Below, piece after piece: positions 49,901 to 63,127 of a stretch of DNA of 64,000 nt. Position 1 is the first letter of the stretch, and each line of letters opens with the position of its first letter. The position numbers and the translations under genes were made by a program. The DNA is taken from NCBI GenBank assembly GCA_964247055.1, contig OZ176058.1, forward strand, positions 806,001 to 870,000, given 5' to 3'. Below the pieces are notes generated by a model, which had not been told where the DNA came from, made no database searches, and was given only the letters and a program-made list of their open reading frames with translations. The stretch comes from Paragordius varius. Lineage: Eukaryota; Animalia; Nematomorpha.

Positions 49901-52900
49901 TATCTTTAATTATCTTTATTTTTATATGAGAAACTTGGTTTTAGCTGATAAGGATATATGGTTGTTTAAAATATCAAAAATTATCAAAAAAATTTTAGTT
50001 TAATCTTACTATACGAATTAGTAATATGTACATTTGAACTGATTTTGGTTTATAAAGTTTTATTATTGGTGAATGGAGAAAACATTTTTTGAAGAAATAG
50101 GATTTTCCTAGCTTTGTATATATATGGAATGTATAATTTACGCAAAAAATTAAATAATTTCATATTAATTTAATAAAAATATATTTTTTCACGCATTAAA
50201 TTTACAGAATTTGAAATTCAGTAATTTATATTATAACACGGACAAAACGTTAAAATATAAAGACAAATAATTTTTTTGAAAAGACAACCCCATATTTTTT
50301 TAAACCTTAATGATTCTCTATAACCTATTTAATTACGATGGTAAGTTATTAAATTTTAAGCATTATATTATATATATACCACACTTTGCAATATTAAATA
50401 GGGAGATTTATTTAAAAAATAAAGATTTACAAAGTATGGGGTTGTCTTTTAGAAAATAATATTTGTCTTTATATATATTTTTACGTTTTGACCTCACGAA
50501 TAATTTCAATTTTTTCTGTAATACCATACCAGGCATTATCTTTAAACTGTATAAAAGAATGTAATTATGATTAGTTATTGTAAAGCTATATTCTTTCTAT
50601 AATAATTTCTATTTTCAAAATATTTTTTTTAGTAAAATATTAAATTTTTTCAAGTTATAAATATACTATTGTTTAGTATAATTTGTAAGATATCAAATAA
50701 AAAAAGTTTTTTTTAAATGGTTATCTACGATTTATCTTTAACAATGTAGATCAATCTTAATAAATGCTAAAATTGTGGGAAAATTTAAAAACCTTAATTA
50801 TTTTATGGGAAAAATATTTATGGTTTAATAAATAATATTTAATTTTTTTATAACAATGGATACTTTTATAGGTTGCTTATATTTAATACTAATTAAAATT
50901 GTATTACGGTTAAAATTGAAATTATACGGACAAAACGTTAAAATATAAAGTCAATTTCCAAAAGACAACCATACTTTAACTTGATTTTTTTAATAAACTT
51001 TTGAATTTGCAAAGTGTGAAATAGAGATATATTTAGTACCATTTATAATTCAAATAAACTCTTAAACAATTCAAATTTACCCTAAAAATAATTTATGTAT
51101 TTTGGGCTAATATAACTCATCATTATATGAAATATATTCTTATGGCATATTTTATTATATTTTCGTATTATGTTAAGTTTAAACTAAACTTCATTTTCTT
51201 AAAATATATTAAAAATATAGGTAATTTTTAACTTAAAAAAATACACATTTTATTTTAGGGTGATTTAAATTATTCAAGGGTGAATTTGAATTGTTCAAGG
51301 GGAAATTAAATTGTAGAATGCATTTTACTAATAAAATTAATTACATATATTTTACAATCGTAATTTAATAGCTTATATAGGAATAATTAAGGTTCAAAAA
51401 GGTATAGGGTTGTCCTTTGAAAAAAATTTTTTTTCATATTCTTACGTTTTGTCCATATAATTCAATATTTACTATAATATTTTGTAGTTTTGTAAGTTTA
51501 TGTATACCATTTTAAACAATTTAAATAAATTATATGTTTTTTAAGAATAAAAATTACCTTTATTTTTATATACTTTTAATAAATTATGTTTAAAATTAAA
51601 GTAATACTAAAAAAGTAATAAACTATGCGCCATAAAGATATATATTTCATATCAATAATGATATTAGTTCGAAAACATATAAATAAATTTTAGGATTAAT
51701 TTGAATTCAAGGGTGAATTTGAATTGTTAATGGTATACTTTATTTTTTTGTAAATTAATTAACCATCAATTTTATTGCCCTTTAGTTTATAAAAAAAACT
51801 TTTTTGTATGAATTTTTTAGGAAGCTTTGAAATTGAATCCAAAAGATACGACTGTCTTACATTGTTTGGGTTGCTGGTAATATAATTTATTTAATTTTTA
51901 TTTGATAATAAAAAGTTTTTTGAATGAAATTTTTATCGTAATGATTTAAAATATGTATAAGCAAATTTTAATTTTAAATATTTTTAATAAAAAATAATAA
52001 TTGGATAAGCGTAATTAAAATAATAAGTTTAAACAATATTTATATTCTTTGATTTTATTTTTTTAATAATATATATTTTTTTTTCAAATCTCTAATAATT
52101 GGAAATAATACAGTGAAAATTATACGGACAAAACATTAAACCTAAAAGACAAATTTTAAACCATAACAATTTAAGAAAAAAGAATTAAAATTTAAAGACA
52201 AATATTTGTCTTACAAAATCACCCTATTTTAAAAAATAAAATAGATTTTAGGTTATGATTTTATAAAAAAACGAGTAATATCAAATCTAATATATACCAT
52301 TTACACCTTAAATTCACCGTCGAAAATTTCAAATAAACCCTAAAATAAGACAGGTGTGTGTTTATAATTAAAAATCACTTGCATATTTTATATATTGTTA
52401 TAAAATGAAATTTGTTCAAAATTATTAAAATAAAAAAATATGCCATAGTGTTATATTTTATATTAATAATTCAATATATTTGTTTGCAAACACATAATTC
52501 ATTTTTAAGGGGAAATTTGAATTGTTCGGTAGATTTGAATTGCAAATGGTATATTTCATTAAATTCACACATAAAAATCATAAATAAAATAAAAAGTATT
52601 GCCGTTTTAAAAAAAAATATTTTTCGATAATTTGTCTGTGTAATCCAAAATGTTAATTGTAGATTAAATGTATGTATATATATATTTACTGATCTCATTA
52701 TTTTTTAATTTATTTCGATTCTTTATTTAAACCAATTTAATTAATACAAGTTATAAAATATATTTTTAAAATGAATATAAAAATATTTTTTTATGTCTCA
52801 CCAAAAAATAGGCATTTTGAATTAGGACGTCCTTACTATACCAAATAATATAATTCAAAAATTATTTTCATGAAATTTGAAAAAAAATTTTATTTAAATA

Positions 52901-55900
52901 AATTATTTTATACGAGATAGTTTTTAATTTTCCAACAATAAATATAATTATTTTTAAATTATTAAAACTAATATATTTTTAAAATTAAAACTTTAAAATT
53001 ATTGAAATTTTAAAAATACATTTTTTAAAATTATTGAAACTTAATAATTTTTTTTTAATAAAATTTTTTATGTCTCACATCAAAATAGGCATTTTGAATT
53101 AGGACTGCTCTCATATTACAAATAATATATGATTTAACAATTATTTTTTAATTAAAATCTGAATTTTTTTTTCAAAATATATTATTTTACGAATTTTTTT
53201 ATAATTTATCTATCAATAATTTAAATAATTATATTTTTTTAAATTATTAGAACCTAAAAATTAATTTAATAAAACATATTAAATATGTCACCAAAAAATA
53301 TGCATTTTGAATTAGGACATCCTTACTATACGCAAATAATATATTATTTTGATTAAAAATATTTTGAATTCGAGTTTATTTTTTAATTTTTCTATTAATA
53401 TAAATTTTTATATTTTAAATAATTATATTTTTTAAATTATTGAAACTTAAAAATAAATTTTTTTTAATAAAATTTTTTATGTCTCACCTCAAAAACAGGC
53501 ATTTTGAATTAGGACGTCCCTACAACACAAATAATATGATTAAAAAATGAATTTTTTATTTAAATATATTATTTGATATGAGTTATATTATTATATTTTT
53601 AAAAAATATTTTCTAATTTTTTTTAAAAAATATTGTTTGTGTCATCAAAAATGATTTAAAAATTATTTTTCATTAATTTAAGTTATTAAATAAATTATTT
53701 AATACGATATTTTATAATTTTTCTATTAATATAAATATATATATATATATTATATATTTTTATATTATTAAAACTTTAAATATTTTTTCCTAAATTAATT
53801 TAAAAATTTTTTAAATAAATTTTAATAATATTTTTTATGTCTCACCTCAAAATAGGCATTTTGAATTAGGACGTCTTTCCTGGACAGCTAGGAAATTAGC
53901 TCAAGTCCTTACAGGTCATATCTATGATTCAACATTACAAGATGCCTTAAATTATTTGCTAAAAGCGGAACAAAGTTAGTTTTTTAAAATTCTTAAAAAT
54001 TTAAAAAGTTTTTTTCAAAAATTTTATAATTTCGTAAAATATATAGGTTTGAAATTAATTTTATTTATTATCTATATATACTTTTTTAGTTTTGTATCTA
54101 ATGTTTAATTTTGAATTGGTCAGTTTTAATCAAAAAATATTTAATACTTGCATTATTTGCAATCACTATTGATTAAAAAATATTTAAAATTAAAAATTTG
54201 TAATTTTGTTTTTATATATATAGATATACCATTTACAGTTCAAATTTACCCTTGAACAATTCTAAATTACCCTAAAATAAATTATGTTTTTTCGAGCTAA
54301 TATAACTCATCATTAATAAGAAATATATTTTTATGGCATAGTTTAATATTTTTTTAGTATTATATTAATTTTAAATGAAATTTTTGAAAATATAAAAAAA
54401 TATAGCTAATTGTTTTTCTTAAAAACACAAAATTCAATTTTGTTCAAAGTTGAAGTTAAATTGTTCGAAGGTGAATTTGAATTGTAAATGGCATATTAAA
54501 ATATAATAAGGTCAAATGTTCAAAACTTTGATAGCAAAAAATTTGATATCATTAATTTTATCTTAATAAAAATAGTATTTAAAGAATATATATATTATAG
54601 ATTATTTTTAATTTTTGATTTTATTTAATATATTATAGTGGAACCATTTTTCTACAGTCGAAATTTGTATATGATTGCGCTAACGTATAAAACTAAGGGC
54701 GATACACAACAAGCTAAGCAATATTGCCAAATTTTATTGGAAAAATTTAAGGCAAAAACCGACGAAGATTTTGAAGTTATATTAATTAAAATTTTAAATT
54801 TTATTATTGAAATTTTTTAATAAAATTTTTTAAAAAACAAAAAATAAATGTTATTTGGGGTAGTTATTGAATTGTAAAAATTAAATATTTCAGGAATTAA
54901 ATGGAAATGAAAATATTTTTAAAAAAAATTGAAAAAAAATGTAACTAACATTTTTATTTTTATAATTTTGCCTTAAAAAACTTATCTTGCGTAATGGTTT
55001 ATAAAACTCTTAAATACATAATTTTTTATTGCAATTGAATTAGATTTTTATACGGTTTTTATTTAATATTAATCAATTGAATTGAAAAATTAATTTTACA
55101 GTAAAAATTGAAATTAAACGGCCAAATGTAAAAATATAAAGACAATCCTTTTTTCTAATAGACAACCCAATGCTTTTTCAAACCTTAATTTGTCCCATAT
55201 AAGCTATTTAATTACGATTGTAAAATTGATTGTGTTAGTAATATCTATATTCTCTATTTGACACTTTTCACTATTAAATAAAAAGTAAGAATAAAATATA
55301 AAAAAACGTATGGTTAGCCTTTTAGAAAAAAAATATTTGTCTTTATAATTTTACGTTTTGTCCGTATAATTACCTCAATATATTTAACCAATGAATATAC
55401 CATTTACTGTTCAAATTCACCCTAAAATAATTATATCTATATTAAGATTAAAAATTACCAATATTTTTATATATTTTTAAAAAATAAAAATTTTGTTTTA
55501 AATTAAAATAATACTGAAAAAATAATAAAGTTTACCATTAACATATATTTCATATTAATAATAAGTTATATTAGTTCGAAAACATAATTTATTTTTAGGG
55601 TGAATTTGAATTGTTTGAGGGTGAATTTGAAATATAATATATATATATATAATATATATAAAATTATTATAACTTTTAAATTTTTTTATTGAAGCTTAAA
55701 TTTTTCAATTTTTTTAATAATTAGGTATAATAAGATTTTTGAAAACCAGTTAGCCTAAAGACTATTTTAAGACTCTTCAGTAAATGTAAGAAAAAATAAA
55801 AAAATCTAAGGACTGATAACAATATATTGCTAATAAATCAAAATATTGGGTAAAATGGTTATTCATATTTAGTAAATTAGTTATTTAACATAAATTTATC

Positions 55901-56550
55901 TAAAATAAGATATAAAGTACTTGACGTGTCTACTTATTTTAATAGGTTATAAATTATATTTTTCATAAATTATTATTTACCATTAAACCTTTATGACCCT
56001 TGAACAATTCCTATTCACCCTAAAATAAATTATGTATTTTTTAAGATTAAAAATTGCCTATATTTTTTTATATTTTAAAATTAGGTTTAAAATTAATATA
56101 TTACTAAAAAAATAAAAAACAAAGTTATAAAGATATATTTCATAATAATAATGAGTTATATTAGTTGCCCGAAAACATAATTAATTTTAGGGTGAATTTG
56201 AATTGTTCAAGGGTTGTGAATTGTTCTAGGGTGAATTTGAATTGTAAATGGTATATATTTTATCCATTTTACACATTTAGGGGAGACTTCTTCAATATAT
56301 ATTATAAAATCCAAATATCAGGAATTTAATTGATTTTAAGTTAAGGCTTATATTTTTAACAAAAATTTTATAAAAAAATAGGCATTTTTTTTGTGTGTGT
56401 TTATATTTATATATATATCATTAAAATTTAGCCATGTTTTATATATTTTATATAATTTCAAGCAATATTATTAAATAGACGGATATAATGTATGTTTGCT
56501 TAAGCTTGCTCAATTATAAAGGCTTTTATTAAATCTTTTAGTATTTAATT

Positions 56551-56587
<37 letters not shown>

Positions 56588-57283
56588 CAGAAGTGAGTAA
56601 TTAATAATTTACAGTAAATATTGAATTATAGGGACAAAACGTTAAAATATAAAGACAACCAACCATACTTTTTCAATTTATCTTTCTTCTATAAATTATT
56701 TAATTACGATTGTAAAAATGTAAATTTGAATATTATATATCTATATTTTTCTCCATTAAATAATGAGTTAGGATCAAAAAAAATCTAGATATAAAACGTA
56801 TGGTTGTCTTTAAATTTTTACGCTTTGTCCGTATTTCAATTTTTACTGTAGTTATATATTTAACCAATAAATATACCATTTACAGTTCAAATTCACCCCT
56901 GAACAATTCCAATTCACGTGTGTTTTATAATAAAAATTGCTTATATTTTTTTATATAAAATTTGAAAATCTATAAAATACTGAAAAAATAATAAACTATG
57001 CCATAGGAATAAATTTGTTTTTAATGATTAGTTATATTAGTTAGAAAACACATATATTTAGAGTGAATTTGAAAGGTTCAAGGGTAAATATTGTTAGAGA
57101 GTGAAATTAAATTGTTCAAGGGTTAATTTGAATAGTAAATGGTATATTTTATGTGTTAATTTATACCAAATATTGTTTTTTTTCAATAAAAAATATATGA
57201 TTTCTCTTATTTGCTATTAAAAATGTTAGATTTTAGAAGATACCAAAGCCTTATTGAAAGATATGGAAAATTTGAAAACTTGA
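46902..57283 (+). CDS. RMDN1: Regulator of microtubule dynamics (RMDN/FAM82) TPR-like protein; 8 exons
   Basis: Exons 46902-47103, 47441-47520, 47984-48763, 49110-49199, 51821-51876, 53856-53974, 54639-54775, 57230-57283 (TGA), phase-consistent. Motifs: ADILWRKARA, GYSCAKQAVELNPNNFSSHK|W, FIIRHHFE|EALKLNPKDTTVLHCLGCW, LSWTARKLA, DALNYLLKAEQ, FYSRNL. The first and last exons are less certain than the internal ones. Confidence 0.85.
49368..49661. mobile_element. Possible degenerate hAT-type MITE (CAGG...CCTG ends)
   Basis: GC-richer ends CAGGCGTAGCTAAC and GACCCGTGAAGCCATTTTTGTTGAATTCAGACCTG inside an AT-rich RMDN intron; no target-site duplication could be confirmed. Confidence 0.3.
52794..53524 (+). 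repeat. Four acceptor-side copies of RMDN exon 53856-53974
   Basis: TGTCTCAC..AAAA(T/C)AG|GCATTTTGAATTAGGAC at ~52794, 53071, 53286 (AG changed to AT) and 53480; the real site is 53838-53873. Confidence 0.92.
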
Positions 57284-57360
57284 ACACTTTAAGAGCCAAT
57301 ATGCCAAATATTAATCTTTTTTTTGAATATCAAGCACAACAATTATATCTTCATTTATTA

Positions 57361-57391
<31 letters not shown>

Positions 57392-59435
57392 GTAAAAATT
57401 GGAATTATACACAGACAAAATGTGAAATATTAAAAGAAAAATATTTTTTTTAAAAAAACTTCATACTTTTTAAATCTTAATTCTCTAAATATAATTCATT
57501 GTTTTAAACCTCTAAAGTATGATATAAAATATATATATATATATATATACAATCAATTCTATATTTTTTAATTTAACTGAATTTAATAATTTATATAGGA
57601 AAAATTACGGTTTAAAAAAGTATGGGGTTGACTCTTTAAAAAAATATTTTATTTTTGTCCGTATATCAATTTTTACTATGTTTATAGTAATAATTAAAAA
57701 TTGAAAAACAGACAAAATGTAAAGATTAAAAGATAACAAATATTTTTTTCTTAAACACCATAGTTTTTTTTAACCTTAATTTCCTATACAACGCATTTAA
57801 TTAATTTTTTGATATAATTGAGAGTGTATTTCCAATTTACATCTCTTTTTTAAAAGAGTTATATTTATGAAATTCAGGTTTAAAATAGGATGATTGTCTT
57901 TATAAAATGAATTTATCTTTTAATTTTACATTTTTTCAGTATATAATTTCAATTTTTATTGTATTTTTATATTTTCGAAAATCAGGGTTACACCAAAAAT
58001 TATATTTTTACACAATTATATATATATATATATATATATTTATAATCTATCAATTAATTTTAACCAATGCAATTCACTCCTAACATAGTTTTTCAAAAAA
58101 ATGTATATTCAAATCATGCATGCACTTATCTTTTTTTAAATTTTAACAATTAATTTATTTATTTTAATATTAATGATGATAAAAAAATTATTTTTATAAT
58201 AAATTTAAATTATATTAATTTTTTACTACTATTATATTTTTTATACACACAAAAAAATATATTTTAATAAATTTTATGACATATGATAGCTAAATATTTG
58301 AGGTAAAGGAATATCAAACTGCTAAATGCGGTTATAGCAGGTTAGAAAAAAGTTATTTTATTTTCTGCCATTATTCGAAATCAAAAAATCGCATTTTTGG
58401 TCGCACATTAGGTAGTCAAACAAACTCAAAACCATAAAGAAAACGTAGACAAATACATATGAATTTCTAATATATACGATATGGATAATTTAAAAGCAAA
58501 ATATTAGTGATAAAGTTTTCACAATTTTTCACAAATCCAGAAAGGACATACAAGAATTGAGATATTACATTTAAAAAAATCGATCTTTTTATTATGTTAA
58601 GCACCGAACAAAAGTATATCTATTATATCAAAATTATTTTTTATTACCCATCAAGCCGTTTTGGCAATATTGGATTAAAGTTCTTTAATACCTAATTTTT
58701 TAACTTATTTTTTTGTGGGAGGGTAATTAAATATTTTTTACTGTTGAAAAAAATAGAGACTTTTGAATTTACAGTAAAAAATAAAATTATATTGATTAAA
58801 GCTTAAATAAAAGTCACAAATACCATATTTTTTATATTTCATTCCTACATAAACTGTTGTATTATTACACTTATTAAATATATAATTGAATATGTTACCA
58901 ATTTAAAAAAATTATGGAAGTATGGTGTTTTTTATTAGAAATTTTGTCAATTTTAAGTTTTTTCTACTACAGTATAGAAAAGGGGGGGCATAATAGAGGT
59001 ATAACGTATTATTGGAAGAAAAAAGATAGGGTGAGTATATTGTAGAAATGTCCAACACAAATGATTTCTCGGGACGTATTAAAAATCAATAATTTGTTAG
59101 ATTTACAGTATGACTAAGTATATGCTATAAACTTATCAATTTTTGCCAAATAGTATAGACAACAAAGAGTAGTATTATTGACGTTTAGTTATTTTTAACA
59201 ATTTTAACTCTATTATTAGTTTATAATAATTCTCTTTGCTGCTGAATATGCTATTTAGCAACAATAATTAATAACTTACTAACAATATATACTTACTTAT
59301 ATACTGTACTTCAAACAAGTTAAACATGTAACTTTTAAAAAGGGTTATTCTATTTTGAATTTTTTTACCGATAAGAATAATTTACAAATTTAAGAAATAC
59401 TTTTATAATAATTTTTTTGTCCAATGGTGTTATTA

Positions 59436-59653
59436 CAGTCATGTGACCTTTGTTTTATCAAAAAAATTTTTTTTCGTTAAATTGGAATAATGGTAAAGTA
59501 TGGAAAAAACAAGAGCTCTATGGTATTAGCAATATTATATTCATCAAAAGTATAAGAATTACCATAGAGCTCTTGTTTTTTTCATTCTTTACCGAATATT
59601 TATTCCCATTTAACGAAAAAAAATAAATTTTTGATAAAAAGGATACCTGACTG
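59436..59653. mobile_element. MITE family D: near-fully palindromic ~220-bp element with TA|CAGTCA...TGACTG|TA ends
   Basis: Arms pair along most of their length, e.g. GGTAAAGTATGGAAAAAACAAGAGCTCTATGGTA with TACCATAGAGCTCTTGTTTTTTTCATTCTTTACC; TA flanks both ends. Confidence 0.7.
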
Positions 59654-60869
59654 TAGATTATTTATTTAATTATTGTGGATATAAAGAATATATACATTTA
59701 TTCGAACATTTAAAACTGGACAACATATAATTAAAAAGTTTTACATAATCTAAAAAATATAAATATGCCAATAATGTGGTGCATTGCTAATTTCATATGT
59801 ATTTATAATTATGAAAATACAGTATGCATTTTAATGGTTGCTTATTTCACACTATAGTATGGCAATTTGCAAAATCACAGTAGTGTATGGAAAAAACAAC
59901 AAAATGTTAAATAAACCAATTAATTCCTTTCTTTTTTCAGTGACTCTTATGTGTTTCGAATTGCCCAACTATACAGTGTGAAATAAGCAACCATTAGAAT
60001 ACATATTATATTTACAAAATATAGCATATAATATCTACGTTTCGGTTAAAAAAAACCCTATTGGCATCAATAAATGCGAAGTACAGTGAAAAACAGACAA
60101 ATAAAAGTACAATATATCTTTCTTAAACTATTTTCAATATAAAATTTTTCATAATATCATAGTTTTGTGTTGATAAATAAGGATTAGAGATGTAAATTGG
60201 GAATAAACTTAATTATATCATTGATATTGTAATTCTATAGTTAATATTGGAGTAAAAAATAGTATGGTAGTCTTTTAAAATAAAATATTGTAATGTTTAC
60301 ATTTTGTCCATATTATAATTTGAATTTTTATTGTAATTATACAATCAAAACGTATAAAATAAAAGATTTGTAAAACAACCACCATATTTACTATGATAAT
60401 TTCATGTATAACTCATACTTTTAGTTTGCTAAAGAGTAGAAATATGAATTAAACTCGATTTAATAGTTAGTTTATAAAGAAAATACAATATGCACATATC
60501 TACTGCCCTATTCGTATAATTATTGTTAGCCAATTGATAATACAGTAACGTATGTTATAAAAGAAATTGTGTCCAAAATTAAGCAAACATATTATAATGT
60601 AAGATAGAAAAAATTGTTTTGTTCAAATGTTGTTATATTTGATTTTCCATACACTAATGTGTTACCAATTAGCCAACTAATATAACGTGAATTGGTTACA
60701 TTTATAGTCTAGTGTTTCAAAGTTTTAAAAATATAATATCTTTCATTTTTACGTTTTGTCTGTATTATATTTTGAATTTTTATTGTAAAATGTAAAACAT
60801 AATTAATTTGTTATAAAATTATTATTTAGAAAAAAAAATTATGATATCGGGATATAATAAGCCATCTAT

Positions 60870-63127
60870 TTATTCGTTTTCCATGACTATATTGCCTATA
60901 ACAGTGCCTTCTACCACATTCTGTGAGTTATCGCCACTCCTTTGATGTAGCGCCGTGGTTTCTACTATAATCTATATACCAAAAATAAAATATTTAAATA
61001 TAAATTTTTTAAAATTTTTATTAATATCAATTTTCAAATTTATTTTTAAATAGTTTAGAAAAATTTTAAAAATTTTATGCATGAAAATTATGGTAAAAAT
61101 GATTATATATACCGCAATTTAAATAAAAAGTCTATAATAATTTTAATATCCTTTTCTCTATATGCCAATATAAGGGATATTTAAAATATGAATTTAGGAT
61201 CTATATCCCTTAAACAACCCTAATAAACCATTCCATATAAGTGTTGATTGGAATATCATAAGTCATATAAATATATATATATATATATAGTATGCTTTAA
61301 ACTATTTACATGTTTGCCTTACTTTATATGATCAAATATAGTATGTGTTCAATAACACGATATTAAACTTATAACTATATAAAAAATTTAAAAAAAAATA
61401 TTTTTAAACAATTAACTTTCGAAAATTAAATTTACACTCAAGTATTCTAATATTTATAATTAGATATATTCCAAACAGTTTTTTAATCTTTTGACTAAAT
61501 TTATCTTATAAAATTCAAAAAATTGTTTTGAAAAAATATATCTTTACCTTTTCTCGAGACGGATCTAAGATGAGTTTCCCAAAGTTATGGCGATGTTTAA
61601 GTTTGTTCAATGCATCTGGTAACTATTGGGGTAAAAAACAACTTTTGGTATAAAAATTAAAAATATTTATAAGTATAAATGGTATGCAGTGAAAAAATTT
61701 AGAAAACAGATATAAAAGACGAATTATATATATATATATATATATATATAATCACAGTTTTTAGTATAAGGAGGAAAGATACAAATTTATATAAACCACG
61801 ATTGTATTCATTTTGGTTAAATGGAAAATTTCCTAGTTTAAAAAATTGTTTAGAAATTAAAAACATTTTATAGTACCTTTTGTCACTATAATCTTATTTT
61901 TATCGTCAAATAAATATCAGTCTTTTACTTGTTAAATGGTATTTATATATAATCTCTAGCTTTTATATCGTATCTTTTATATTAAATTTCACTGTAAAGT
62001 TAATATCAGTCTTTTAATTATAAATTTTTGGCTTCACGTTTTTAAATTCCATTTTTTACATATTTACAATAACTTCATCAAAAGCATAGATAGAATCAAT
62101 AATGAGATATATTTTGATTGTTAAGTTTTGTTATATAATTTTAATATTTACAGTAAAATAATTTTATATGTTGTCTTTATAATTTTATTTTTTTTAACAT
62201 ATATATATACTTCATCAAAAGCCCAGATCAAACAATAACGAGATGTTTTATATTTAAATTTTATTTTTCACGGTTGACAAAAATTACTAGTAATCGAAAA
62301 TTCACCCCAAAATTCATATAATTTTAGCTGAATTATAATTGCAATCATATAAGATATGATTTTATTGTTACGTCTTACTATATAATTTTAATCTGTACCG
62401 TAAAATAACCTTATAAACTCTTTTATAATTTCATTTTTTAGATATTTATAATAAATGCTTCATCAAAAGCCCAGATAGAATCAATAATAAGATATATAAT
62501 TTTTACGTTTTGCAATATAATTACTGTAAAATAATTTTATATGCTGTCTATATAATTTTACTTTTTACATATTTATAATAAATACTTCTCAAAAGCCCAG
62601 CTAGAATCAGAATATTAAATTGTTACGTTTTGTTTTATAATTTTGATTTTTATTGGAAAATAATATTACAATAAAAATTGAATTTATACGGATAAAACGT
62701 AAAAACATAAAGACAAATATTTTTTTCTATAAGACAACCATACTTTTGAAACCTTTTTTTTTCATATAAGCAATTTAATAAAAATTAAAATATAGAATCG
62801 ATTATATTAGTTATATCTCTATTTCGCACTTTGCCATTTAAAACAATGAGTATATTGAAATAAATCAAAATTATTAAAGTATGGTTGTTTTTTAGAAATA
62901 AATATTTGTCTTTATATTATTAAGTTTTGTCCGTATAATTCAGTTTTTACTGTATATGTCTTTATAATTTCATTTTTTACTATATACATATATATATGTA
63001 TATATATATATAATAATTACTTCATCAAAAGCCCAGATAGAATCAATAATGGGATGCAGTTTTCCCTTTTTATACCATTCACATAAATCGTGCATTATAT
63101 GGCGTAGTAAACGCAACGGTTTATCTC
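60870..63127 (-). CDS. VAT1L: 3' part of a VAT1/VAT1L-like (MDR family quinone oxidoreductase-like) gene; 5' exons lie beyond the window
   Basis: Exons 63127-63021 (..KGKLHPIIDSIWAFDE), 61622-61548 (LPDALNKLKHRHNFGKLILDPSREK), 60971-60870 (IIVETT...VMENE*). Matches the VAT1-like C-terminal pattern IKPVVDSLWALEEV..AMQRIHDRGNIGKLILD. Confidence 0.75.
62070..62612 (-). repeat. Four donor-side copies of VAT1L-like exon 63127-63021
   Basis: ACTTCATCAAAAGCCCAGATAGAATCAATAAT (+ strand) variants at ~62072, 62208, 62457 and 62582; the real copy is 63019-63050. Confidence 0.9.

Noticed and set aside
54894-54932. Alternative RMDN last exon (CAG|GAATTAAATGGA..., ELNGNENIFKKN*)
   Set aside because: 57230-57283 (ILEDTKALLKDM) fits the RMDN C-terminal helix better; the proximal site is not excluded but is unsupported.
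58290-59070. Slightly GC-richer patches at 58300-58700 and 58980-59060 as a hidden gene or Helitron end
   Set aside because: No open frame with consistent splice sites, and no hairpin plus CTRR terminus found.
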